From contig NIVC01002079.1 in NCBI GenBank assembly GCA_002269645.1, positions 1 to 64,000 on the forward strand: a DNA stretch of 64,000 nucleotides. The letters are read 5' to 3'. A program made the position numbers and the translations under genes. This DNA is from Macrostomum lignano. Taxonomy: Eukaryota. Numbering within the stretch: position 1 is the first letter of the stretch; every line of letters begins with the position of its first letter. Below the pieces are notes generated by a model. That model searched no databases and was not told the origin of the DNA. It saw only the letters and a list, made by a program, of their open reading frames with translations. Shown here piece after piece: positions 8,257-35,429 of the stretch.

Positions 8257-10359
8257 CCGGTGGATGAACTAATTTTACTCCCTTCAAATTTACGCGTGTT
8301 GTGGCCGTATCAGCGCTCGCAGTAAAATTCCCCGGCCTTCTTTGCTTCCAATTTCAGAATTTCCTATGCAATGACTTTGGATAAAGCCACGTGGGGGCAG
8401 TCGAATTTCTCGATTTTTTGACATGTCGATCTGGACATTCGCGCTGGGGACGGTGCGGGAGCGCTGTAGGGTGCGAGTGGTTTTGGACGTGCACGCCTGG
8501 TCAACACTCTTCTTCGCTTCATTTATCTATTCTCTCCTATCTCTAAAAGTTGAAGCGTCCCCCCCCCTGACAGAAAAACACGCAAGTCAACCAAGCAAAG
8601 CAGCTGCTTCTTGTCGTCTGCGGCAGCAGCAGCCTTGCATCCAAGCGTCGATCTTACGAGCCTTCCCGGCACCAAAAAATCTACTGCCGAGTGGGAAGCG
8701 TAGCGTCATGAAATGCAGTTGTTTTTTAACTAAAAAAATTTAAATTTAATTTTCTGTTTCTGCGCTGAAACTTTGCAGTAACAAAATGAGCTGGAAGCAA
8801 CGAGGCTCTTGCGTCATCATTCTCAAGGAGCGAGTGGATCATCAACTAAGCAGCTTTGAGCTGCGGTAGAAATGTTGTCGAAGATGCACCCCGTTCCGCT
8901 GACTCGTCAGCTCGCACACGAACGCTACTGTAGTATAACTGCACGCGAAAACTCAAAGATCGTGTCCAGGATATTAGCCTCCCAAAAATTCGAATTTTAT
9001 ATCCTGTTACGCTACAGTGGTCCTTGGCAATCACTCGCTCACACAGGGTGTTACAGCGGTCCTGACTTTCTAATCGTAAGGCATGTACCCTCTCTGTGTC
9101 TTGGTGGTTGGCACTCGTTGGCGAGAAACTCACGACAACCCCCAAGCCAGTTTTTTGGTCCCTTTGAGTAATAAAAAAATATTGTTTTCATTCGTTTCAA
9201 TATTTTCACCTTCTTTCCATAGACAGATTTAATCAAGAAAAATGCCAATTTTTTCAGAGCATGCTCTATGTTTAAAGTAAATGTACTAGCCAGCATCCGT
9301 TCCTAACCGACCTCCAGTCGATCCCATCACTAAAACCGACAATGAGGGCGGAAATCTCAGAAATCCTTCCATTATTTGTGATCTTCCTCAAAGTTCACGC
9401 GCTCATTCAAAGTGGTACGCACTCTCCAAAAAACACTCTCCTTGATTCGGATCCAAATCCTCGAAAATACCGCAAACAACTTGATTGACTATACGGTAGG
9501 TAGAATGGCAAGCGCAGAAGAACCATGCTGAAGAAATGCCGATATGATCTCGGGGCGATCTGCGTTGGCAGCAAGTTACACCAGCCATGCACTCGATGGA
9601 TCTCTATCTGCGCCTGTTCCTGTCAGTTACCTGTGCGTGCTCTTGGCAACACTGCACCCTCACTGCATGGCACAGCGGGGGTCCTGTTTGGGCTATACTA
9701 TAGATAGATCTCGCACCCTCCCACTTTTGATCGTAGTGTAGCACTCGGCCAAGTGCGCCAACTATTTGGCCATTTGACTGGCATAGCCGCATAAAGCGCA
9801 TGCTTTAGCTAAACTCGTTTCTCCTCCCCCCAACTGCATGGTCGTTTAATCCCTCTGTGTATGCTCTCTCTCTCTCTCTGGGACTTGCATGGCGACTGCT
9901 TGAAAACCGCCAGCTACAGATCTGATTGGCTGGGAGGGCGCCACTCCTGCTCGCTTGATCTCACCCTTCTCTCTCCCCCTATAAGCTGCTATCTTCTTTA
10001 AAAGCCTGACAACATAAAGTTGCATTAAGGAAACGCGATTGCGTATTGAAGTCCCGTCTTGAGTCGCGTCCTGTTTCTATAGACAGCTCAGGGCAGCCCG
10101 CAAAAAAGGACAGCAAAAAGTCGTTCTCTTGAGAGAACGGGTAGGCAGGAGATAGAGAAGTCTGAGCCAAAGAAGCTCGAAAGTCTCCCGGGCATCATAA
10201 TAACAAATTTCTATTTGGCTTCCTACCAACCCCGAACCAGAGGGCCGGCCACGGTTTAATATCATTCTCATATCTGTTTTATGCGAGCTGCCAGGCCGCC
10301 CTCAGTCATCGTTTTGCATAGCCATAGGAAATAACTGAACTTAGTGGCAACGACAAGAA

Positions 10360-25668
<15,309 letters not shown>

Positions 25669-27312
25669 TGATTGAGAAAGGACCGATACTTTCCAGCTGA
25701 TGACGTGAATTATTGCAGCATAAACACTGAGGACCGCTTACCGTTAGTTCGCCTTCCGACAAGATTTGCTAGATTTTATCAATTCATCTTTCAGAGAAGG
25801 ATCCCCTCAGTCTTTGACGATTAATCGCGATAATACGATCCGTCGTCCACGGATGACCACGTAGTCAGCGCCAATGATACCTGGACTGTCTCGCAGATGT
25901 CTATCGGTCTTTCTCGGCATCTTTCTCAATCAGATTGGGCTTCCCCATCTCAGACTGCCTGCCTGTTTGCAGAATTATTCTGTTTATTTATTTGCAATTG
26001 CTTCAACCGTGCGTCAGTCCAGTCTGCGCTCCGAATTCTTTGCGTCTCTGACTGCTAGCGAATGCTTTGTTTAATTCCTTTTTTCTTGTCGCTTGCAGTT
26101 GCTTCCAAGCGGTTTTGCGGATATTCTAACGAATTAACAATAATTGATTACGTAAACTCGTATTTATAAATTCCTTCCTTACTTTCCTGTGCTACTATTG
26201 CGCTAAGACACAAGAAAAAGCAATGATAACTGGTTAACGATGCTGTTTCCCGCGAACATTCGACTGAGCAATGATCTAAATATATTGTCAAATGGAAGCC
26301 ATCTTGTCATTTAAAAATCTTGAGGGAAAAGCATGACACTGGGATGCAAAAATATTCAATAGTTTTTGTTAATTTTGTACTATTTTTATTTTACCTACAA
26401 ACGAGTATTATCCAGCAGATTGTTCTGGCGTAAAAAACCATTTAGACGACCTTGATTTTCAAAGTGAATGAAGAAAGAAATTAATGATATCGAAATGACA
26501 AGCTGATGAAAAGTTTTAGTAAAGAGGATTGGGTGAATTAATGTTTATAAAGTGTGTCTATGGTAAAGGTTAATTTGTCGATGGCTACGTCCCCACACCC
26601 CCGTTTTGTTTATGGCTCAAGTATGTGGAGATTCGCCCCCACACCTGGCCCAGTTTTGTCTATGGTTCAAGTTCACTCGTGCGGCATCATTTCATTTCAT
26701 TTTGGTATGAATTTAATGAGTTCAACCTGTATTCATTTGGCCCTCGAAATGGAGGAGTTCTAGTCGGGTATGTCTATGGTTCCGACGGCCAAAACAATAT
26801 GAGAGCTGTGCGGCTGTATTCATAGAAAAATTCAAGTTTAGTACATGCAGAAAATTACACGTGAAGTTAGGCCTGAGAAGTTCTCATTAGTAAAAAAAAT
26901 TAAACGCATAAACGAGTCGTACAGGCCGTTGTTCAAAGCGTTTTTAAAGTCCAGACAAGATAAAGTGTTCGTTCAGAGTTGAAAAACAGCAAATTCCTAT
27001 CCCGCTAATACATTTCTAAGCAAACTTTGAACTACAAAGAACGCCTACTCTCACTATGCAAACCTTTCTACGTTATCTGAGGTGCTTTAGTTTGATTAAA
27101 ATTTATTTAAAGTTGAAGTGTTGAAGAATGAACTCAGCTAGTAATTAGTCTATGGCCTCTGCTGGCAGCTAGCATGGAATGAAGTTAAAGTCAGCTATAT
27201 TGGGAAAACAGTTGATAACTTTCTCACAGGCATAAGCCTGAATGTAATTAACTGGACTTTGAGAATGCCGCGTCACTCCAAACATCTCGTAACGACGGGT
27301 CGTCTGTCCTCG

Positions 27313-29499
27313 ATGGATCGGCAGGCTCGAGTCCGCGGCGGCAACAATGAACTTCTCGATGAACTCCGACGTCAGAGGCATCGGAGACAGCAGCAGAAGG
27401 AGCCGGAGCGAATCAGCTTGGCTGACGACTACCTGGCTTCCATGAGCAACGAGGATGAAGGTCTGTACGAAGCCCGGATGCGGTATCTGCGGAAGGAAAG
27501 GCGACCCAGTCAGAGCAGGTGAGATTTAATCACCGATTTTTAGTAGGCTGCCAGCGAAGGTTTCTTAGCATTGTTGCGATCATGCAGAGAAGCGTGGCTG
27601 AGTCTCTTGATTCCTGAGAAGGACTCATCACCAGACTAAAACGCAACGGGGCGTTTTGGCTCCGCCGCTAATTATCAAGACGACGCCAATGTTAAAAATT
27701 AATATAAAGCAGTTATGCAAGCAGTTGTATTCATTCCGTTGAGCTCTGAGCACGTAACCCGCGTTCACGAATACGCATACAGTGTACATGTATACCCACT
27801 GGGCCTTGCGGGTCGGTACTTCAGGTTGTGAATTGTTTGACAGCTCTACCTAAGCTGCAGGTGGACTCGACCCCATGGACTCTTCCGCACTGCTCCTGGT
27901 TCCCTTCTATTTTAGACCAGACCAAACTGTTTGTGCTCTGTAAAATCGATGAAAGCAATCGATGCAAGAGCTATTTTCTTAGTCTACAACTCGACAAAAG
28001 CTTACTAAAAATGCCCTGAACTCACTGCTTCTGTAGCGTCCATGAGGTCAAGCAAATGAAGATATCGTAGGCTCCTCGTTCTTAAACCCTAATAATGGCT
28101 CCATCATTTGCGGTCCACAAAGTACCCTGTACATGTACACCCTGCGCCAGGGAGTGACTGTGTTTATCCGAACAATTCGTTTTTGTCATGCAATACGCTG
28201 ATCCATTCAAATTCCCGCAGACAGCATCGCCGTCCGCCGCCAGCGGAGAAGCACGGCCTGATCAACTTCGCCAACACAAGCCAGCCAAAGGTCGGCCAGA
28301 AGACCATACTGAGCTACAGCAAAGAGAGCAAAGAGCCGACCAAAGACCTGAAAATGCTGGTGCTGGCGCTCGTAAGACGTCAGCTACGCGACGAGGTGCT
28401 GCACATGAGCGAAATCGCCATCGAGCAGAACCCGTTCGAGATGGGCAACATGCGGCTGAACAGCTTCATTGCCAACACACCGGATCTCATGGACCATTGG
28501 AAGGTAAACCAGGAGTCTCGGGCTTAACATCGCGGTTTACTGGACTCACTATAGCACAATTTCATTGACTTTTTAGAAACTTTTATTATAAACGATCTTA
28601 TCGTTTTAAAGTACCCGTGTACTTTGTAAATTGTCAATTGCACTACTATAAGTAATAATAAACGAACTACTAAAGTGCAAAATTAATCTTTTTCGCCAGG
28701 TGATGATGCTCGAAGAGGGTATGCGGTTGATCGACGAGAGCTTCGACGTTGATAATTTATCCTGGGTGGCTCCAGGCCTTGTCAGCAGCGGCAGCACCGA
28801 CTGGCGCAAGCAGTTCTCAATGCCGATTGACGAGCTCACCCTGGTGTCGCTGCCGCCGGATAAACCCGAGATTAGCCGGTCTCAAGTGGCCACGGAGTAC
28901 ATTCAGGTTGAGTCCAAAAGCTTCTGCTTTATGTTTCTGTTCCTAGATTTCATGAGAGACAAAGTTTCATCGTAAAAGTGTCCTTTTCTCATCTACGTCT
29001 CGTATTGTATCATCTCAAGCATTTATCGAACTTGCCGTCCTCCCCTGTCAACCACTTTGAATCTGGACGAAAAAATGCCAAAACAACGAACCATTCAAAG
29101 GCGCAACGCGGTCGCCAGGGCAACGAAGCCGAGGAAGCCGCTCAGCTGTTCCAGAGCGAACTGCTGAAAACCGAGAATGCCGCGGCCGCGCCGCCGGAAA
29201 CCTTCGAGCGAGTCTGCAGCAGCTACAAGGCCATCCTGCAGAAGGCGATCGAGATCGAGTACATCGAGGGCAAGCAGGAAACTTGCGACGCAATCGGAAA
29301 ATACATTGATCAGTTGAAGAACTCGGTTGAAAAGGTTGTGTCGGAGGCCTTGGCTAACGATATCAAGGACACGCAGAAGCACGGGTCGAATTTTTTGCAC
29401 AGCCTCATCGGAAAAATCATGGACGACCTGCGCGATGCTCACAAAGACCGAAATTATGAACCGATGAGGATTGTGCTCACTGCGCACAGGCGCGACTGA
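27313..29499 (+). CDS. Hypothetical 4-exon protein (about 364 aa), no recognised domain
   Basis: Exons 27313-27518, 28221-28503, 28700-28906 and 29101-29499 have GT/AG ends and matching phases (1095 nt). GC-rich coding-like blocks lie within AT-rich introns. Confidence 0.72.
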
Positions 29500-29584
29500 G
29501 TAATGCATCATAACGGAAGGGTTATTATGCGTGTAAAAGCCAGCGTGGCATTCAAATATGCTCTAACAGGGCGTGATAGAGCTC

Positions 29585-29940
29585 CCCAGATTTGACCTTG
29601 AAAGCTGCCCAGTAAGGTTGTGGTGGAATTCCCCCCGAATTCGACCTTGAAACCTGCCCAGTAAGGGTGTGGTGGAATCCCCCCGAATTCGACCTTGAAA
29701 GCTGCCCAGTAAGGGTGTGGTGGAATCCCCCAATTTCGACCTTGAAACCTCCCCAATAGGGGTTTGGTGCAATCTCCCAATTTCGACCTTGAAACCTCCC
29801 CAGTAGGGGTTTGGTGCAATCTCCCAATTTCGACCTTGAAATCTTAAATCAGTTAAGGTGTGGTGGAATCCCCCCAAATTTGACCTTGAACTCTGCTGAA
29901 TGAAGGCGTGATGGAAAATCCCCCAGATTCGACCTTGAAA
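29585..29940. repeat. Minisatellite, ~50-55-bp unit
   Basis: Repeats of TTCGACCTTGAAAxCTGCCCAGTAAGGGTGTGGTGGAATCCCCC. Confidence 0.85.
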
Positions 29941-30231
29941 TTCGTTGTTTAGAAACTCCAGCAACACTCGTACGACAAAGTCATAAAAGCCAGATGCTCG
30001 ATTTATTGCTTCATTCTCCATCTGCATGTCATAAAGTCCAGACTGTCGCTAAAACCAAACGAGCCAAAAGTGGAACTTGCTGTACTTTTAAAGCACTAAT
30101 TTTTTGACCGGGTGCCTTTTTTCAACATACTCTTGAGAGACGTGAAAAATAAAGATTCACCCGAGTTTTCCTTTTTTATGCGTTGAATTGCGTCAATGCG
30201 TTTGATGTTAAAAAACTGCCAAAAACTAGAA

Positions 30232-30930
30232 TTGACCCTTTTCAAACCCCAACCTCACACCCTTTTCAAACCCCAACCTCACACCCTTTTCAAACCCCAA
30301 CCTCACACCCTTTCCAAACCTCAACCTCACACCCTTTCCAAACCTCAACCTCACACCCTTTCCAAACCCCAACCTCACAACCTCTCCAAACCCAACCTCA
30401 CACCCTTTCCAAACCTCAACCTCACACCCTTTACAAACCCCAACCTCACAGCCTTTCCAAACCCCAACCTCACACCCTTTCCAAACCTCAACCTCACAAC
30501 CTCTCCAAACCCCAACCTCACACCCTTTCCAAACCTCAACCTCACAACCTCTCCAAACCCCAACCTCACAACCTTTTCAAACCCCAACCTCACACCCTTT
30601 CCAAACCCCAACCTCACACCCTTTCCAAACCCCAACCTCACACCCTTTCCAAACCCCAACCTCACACCCTTTCCAAACCTCAACCTCACAACCTCTCCAA
30701 ACCCCAACCTCACACCCTTTACAAACCCCAACCTCACAGCCTTTCCAAACCCCAACCTCACACCCTTTCCAAACCTCAACCTCACAACCTCTCCAAACCC
30801 CAACCTCACACCCTTTCCAAACCTCAACCTCACACCCTCTCCAAACCTCAACCTCACACCCTCTCCAAACCCCAACCTCACAACCTTTTCAAACCCCAAC
30901 CTCACACCCTTTCCAAACCTCAACCTCACC
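30232..30930. repeat. 24-bp minisatellite
   Basis: CCCTTTCCAAACCCCAACCTCACA repeated about 29 times. Confidence 0.95.
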
Positions 30931-31863
30931 TTTTCCAGGCACCCCAGCTTCACACAATTAAGATAGCTTCGGAAACGTGATAGTTGAGGCACCAGAGGTC
31001 GACCCTACCCTCTTCTCAATGCATCTAATTTGAAAACTAATTCTCCAAATTAATTCACATCCAATGTGGTCCCCAGCGACATTTCAAATAGATTTATCAA
31101 GCATCAGAATTTCAGCACATGACTGAAGATCAAAAGAAAAGAGTTCAAACCAACCATCAGTGTAGTGTAGGCTATGGGCAACGCCTTAAAGTGTTCACTT
31201 ACAGCCGCTGTCTGCTAAAGGGGCAAAAGGGGTGGGTTTCTACGGCAACGGCACGAATCAGGGTGATGGGAACAAGGCAAAGAAAGAGCGAGAGAGGAGA
31301 ATTTGAACCGGGATTTCGCACTTAGAGATCAAGCTCTGCTTTTATCCCAGCGATCCGCTAGGGATTTGGGATTTAAACTTACGCTGCAGGAATTCATAAT
31401 GGGATTGGAGAGGGATTTGAGGCGGGCACACGAGCGTTGGGGGGAGATGAGACTGAGAGAGGGAGAGAGGGGGAAATCGATGTGGATTTGTCCAGGGAGT
31501 ACTAGAGAGAACAGCTGGACTGGCTGAGCTTCTAGGGCTAGGGTTTTGGCTGCTAAATGAATTATGAAAATCTGAAATTTTCAGCTATTTTAGCGAGGAT
31601 CGATGAGATGAGAAATGAAATGGAGAAGAGATAAGAGAAAAGATGAGAGAAGAGGAGAGAATAAAAGAGAGGGGAGAGGGGAGAAGAGACTTGAGAGGAG
31701 ACCTTGAGCGGGAGTTTTCGGACCCCTAATTTAGACGAACGAGGTTTCAAGCTGTAAAAACTGTAAAAACGATAACTTTATTAAAGATCAATATGCGTTT
31801 TCAAATCGCAAAACTAACATTTCACTTTTCACTTTCTACTGAAGCTCCCAGCCCATCCGGATT

Positions 31864-32539
31864 CAAGGACTACTTAACAACTCAGGACGTTACACTTGCG
31901 AATGGTAGAAATTCTAGAAAAGGCCGCTTGCTCCGCTGTGTCTATGGCAATGAAGCCTTTTCACTAACAAACTCTCATACTCTCAGTGCAAGGTTTAAAC
32001 AAAGTGAAGCAACAATTTTTGTTTTTCGTCCAAATTTTTATTGTAGCGTTGTGTTGACAGTTCCGTGCTTGTTTAAGAAAATATTCGAAAAAAATTGTGT
32101 GTGCGAGTGTCTCGAAGGCTGGCCAACTCCATCTATAAAGGAATCCGAGACTGTGGCAATCAACCACTGCTTGCTCTCGCCGACTTCGCAAACTGAAACC
32201 AAGCTGAATGTCTCTTTTAAACATCTTTATGTTCATCTGGATCTATTTTGCCTTATACAGTTGTATACAGAGTTCCATCAGTTGCATATCCTACTCTTTA
32301 ATTGTAATGTACTTCTTGTACCGACTATATTTGTATTTAGTAATTGTATATTCGTAAAATATATATATATATATATATATAGCGAACAGTTTATGAGCAC
32401 CTATCACTAGATAGGTTAGCACTTGCTTCTTTATCGAAAAAGCTTATTGAAAAGCCATAGAAACAGCTAAAGCAAGCGGCCTTTTCTAGAATTTCTACCA
32501 ATCGCGAGTGTAACGTCCTTAGTTGTTAAGTAGTCCTTG
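31864..32539. mobile_element. Non-autonomous TIR element (MITE), P-element-like
   Basis: About 85-bp imperfect inverted repeats (31864-31948, 32454-32539) beginning CAAGG; exact 8-bp direct repeat TCCGGATT at 31856-31863 and 32540-32547. Confidence 0.88.
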
Positions 32540-33149
32540 TCCGGATTTCTAAATCTGCCCCACAGTACAGGGATGGATGAACTTCGAGGCAAGAGTTCCA
32601 TACTTTTTTAATAATCCCTGGCAGCATTATCCCCATGAGCCGCCACCCCTCTGGACTAGAGTTTCCCCAATGCAAAAGCCTCCCCTAACCCGGCCTCTTT
32701 CCGCGCTCGTGTTCCAACAAAAAACACCCAGGAAATGCTGCAGGAACGCGGGGCATTCCCTGCACCGATGCTTGAGCTCCTCAGGTGTGCCAATGATTCA
32801 GGCCCGCCATAGAGCTTGCAGAGCCAGTGAGTGTAGGGCTGCTGGTCTGGGATCTGGCTTAGCTGGGGGGATCGGGCAGAGAGCGCTGGGGACGCTGCAG
32901 CAGTCCCAGCCAATAGCGGCAAATCGCTCAGCCAGAATTTGCCCGATGGGAACTGGGCGGAGAGTGGGAGAATTTCAAGCGGAGAGCATTTTTATTTCCC
33001 ATTGACTTTCCTATTCAAATCCCATGGACTGTTGGGCTGAACACTCTGCAAGCTGAACGCCGCACTTTTAGCTTCCCAGATCCCAAGTGCGCGGCTAGCG
33101 CCATCAAGCCCGGAAGCTGACAGTTGCTGCTCAGCCGGCGAGAGAAACG

Positions 33150-34187
33150 ATGCAGCGCCTCGAAGCATTCTGCATGCTGGCCATCGTGCCCACCTGCTGC
33201 CTAGCCGGGATGCTGGGCGCCGCTCTCACCATCCGCGTGACGCTGCACAAGTCCATGCGGGGCCACCTCATCAACCGCTGCCTGCTGGCCCTGTCAATCA
33301 TTGACCTGTTCTACCTGGCCACCGCCCTGGCCCACTCGGCTCTGTGCGCCGAATCGATTCTTGCCGGCGAGCACGACGACAATAACGGCGTCGCCATAGC
33401 GGCCGGGCTGCGCCGGTTCCTGCTGCCGTCGCTAGCGAGAGCCTCCCTGCTGGTCATCGTGGTGATCAGCGCCGAGCGGTTCTGCGCCGTCCGCAAGCCC
33501 CGACACCTGCAGGCCGGCAATTCGAGGAAGTCGACGGTGCACGTCGCCCTCAGCCTGGTGACTGCGGCGCCGTTCCTGTTCTACGGCAGCGAGTTCGCCA
33601 GCGGCCAGCGTCCAGCAGCTGCCGGGCTCGTCATCGCAGAGTCCAACTACTCGGCGCTGTCAACGGCGTTGCCGTCTGTGCACGTCTATCTGACGCCGTC
33701 AGCCGTAGCTTTCGCCGCAGTCGACGCCAGCCTCCGCGGCCTGCCGCTACTGGCCATCCTGCTGCTGAACCTGGGCATCGTCCGACTGCTGCGCGAGTCG
33801 TTCCGTCAGCGCGAGCAGCTGCTGTCCGGCTTCCTGGGCATCCAGCGCGCCCTGATCCGGCCCGGCCACCTGCCGCCGAACGGGCAGAATGTCCTGCAGC
33901 GGCAGCGCAAGACCACCTGCATGCTGGTGTACATGTCCACCTTTCACCTGCTGCTGCTGGTGCCAGCCATTCTGCTCAGCGCCCTGGCCCGGGTTCGAGT
34001 CCTTCGACCGAACGCCCTGCCGTGGTTCGCGCCCTCTGCCGGCCAGCGCGAGCTGGCGAGCCTGGTGGTGGCGCTGGAAGCTGCCAGCTGCTCGTTCAAC
34101 TTTGCCGTCTACATTCGACAGAGCGAGAAATTTCGCAACGTTTTTCTGCAACTTCTCGTGCCGGGCTGCACCAGCCGCAGAGTCTGA
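33150..34187 (+). CDS. Intronless rhodopsin-like (class A) GPCR, peptide-receptor-like
   Basis: 345 aa with seven hydrophobic segments; LLALSIIDLF in TM2, SAERFCAV after TM3, RKTTCML before TM6, SFNFAVY...SEKFR in TM7/helix 8. Confidence 0.85.
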   Translation: MQRLEAFCMLAIVPTCCLAGMLGAALTIRVTLHKSMRGHLINRCLLALSIIDLFYLATALAHSALCAESILAGEHDDNNGVAIAAGLRRFLLPSLARASLLVIVVISAERFCAVRKPRHLQAGNSRKSTVHVALSLVTAAPFLFYGSEFASGQRPAAAGLVIAESNYSALSTALPSVHVYLTPSAVAFAAVDASLRGLPLLAILLLNLGIVRLLRESFRQREQLLSGFLGIQRALIRPGHLPPNGQNVLQRQRKTTCMLVYMSTFHLLLLVPAILLSALARVRVLRPNALPWFAPSAGQRELASLVVALEAASCSFNFAVYIRQSEKFRNVFLQLLVPGCTSRRV

Positions 34188-34324
34188 GCACCGCACCGCA
34201 AGCCGGGGCATCACTGAGGAACTCACAACTTATTACCGTCATCCCAAACCTTCCTTTTGGTCCATTCCGATCTTCTCAGCTCGACTCTCCACTGACTCAC
34301 TCAAACCATGATCCCAATTTCTTC

Positions 34325-34705
34325 AGGATCTCAACTTCTCCAAGGTCCCAGCTTCTCCAAGATCCCAGCTTCTCCAAATCCCAACTTCTCCAAGGTCCCA
34401 GCTTCTCCAAGATCCCAGCTTCTCCAAAATCCCAACTTCTCCAAGATCCCAGCTTCTCCAAGATCCCAACTTCTCCAAGATCCCAGCTGCTTCTCCAAAA
34501 TCCCAACTTCTCCAAGATCCCAACTTCTTCAAGATCCCAACTTCTCCAAGATCCCAGCTTCTCCAAGATCCCAACTTCTCCAAGATCCCAACTTCTCCAA
34601 GATCCCAACTTCTCCGAGATCCCAGCTTCTCCAAAATCCCAACTTCTCCAAAATCCCAGCTGCTTCTCCAAGATCCCAGCTTCTTCAAGATCCCAACTTC
34701 TCCAA
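34325..34705. repeat. ~18-bp minisatellite
   Basis: CCCAGCTTCTCCAAGAT / CCCAACTTCTCCAAGAT units. Confidence 0.92.
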
Positions 34706-35429
34706 GAGGAGTTTGATTCCAAGCTATGTGTTGATGTTTCGACTCATTCAAATTAAAAAGAAAATATTACTCCAACTAAGACTGCTGAATTAACCTAAAA
34801 GTTTGATACCCTCACTGCCTGGAAACAAAATACTGCCCTCATATCACATCTGCTAAGTCGCTCTTTCATTACTCGCACCACCTAATTTCTCGAGTTCCTA
34901 TTTATTAACTGCTTGAAAAATTCACTGTTGGCTTATTCAAAAATAAAATTGGCATATAGATTTCATGCACTTCGAGACAGCAAAACAAGGTGAAGCCACA
35001 TTGAGTTTTGCTCCTCAGGAAGTTGGTCGGATTATTGGAGAGGAAGAGATGCAGCTCATAAAGACAGTCGAGTGCCATGGAAAAAATAAGAAAGACAGGC
35101 AAAAACTTTGCTCGGAGGAAAATCGATCAGCAGAAGGAGGATTGGAATTGGCGAGAGGCCTGCCGGACATCCCAGGCTAAAAAGAGGGCAGAGGACCATT
35201 TTCCGGGCAAAGGCAAAACACGATGCGAGGGACCTCTCAGGCTGAAGGAAATTCAATCAAGTGCAGAGCCGGCCGACTCTCCACTGCTGCTCCGCCTGTG
35301 TCTCTCAGCATGACTTCGGCCTCAGCTTGTTGTCTGCGAGTCATCTGAACTGTCTGCTTCTGGTCTGCGCCTCTCTCCCGGCTTTGTGCTCCAGACACTT
35401 CCTAATCAGCCCCTAGGCATCTAGTGACA

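Noticed and set aside
7748-8325. Gly/Trp-rich and Pro-rich ORFs on both strands
   Set aside because: They arise from G-rich repeats in the presumed Polinton terminal repeat.
29508-30992. Repetitive ORFs (KPQPHTL, PNLTPF and similar)
   Set aside because: By-products of 24-bp and ~53-bp minisatellites.
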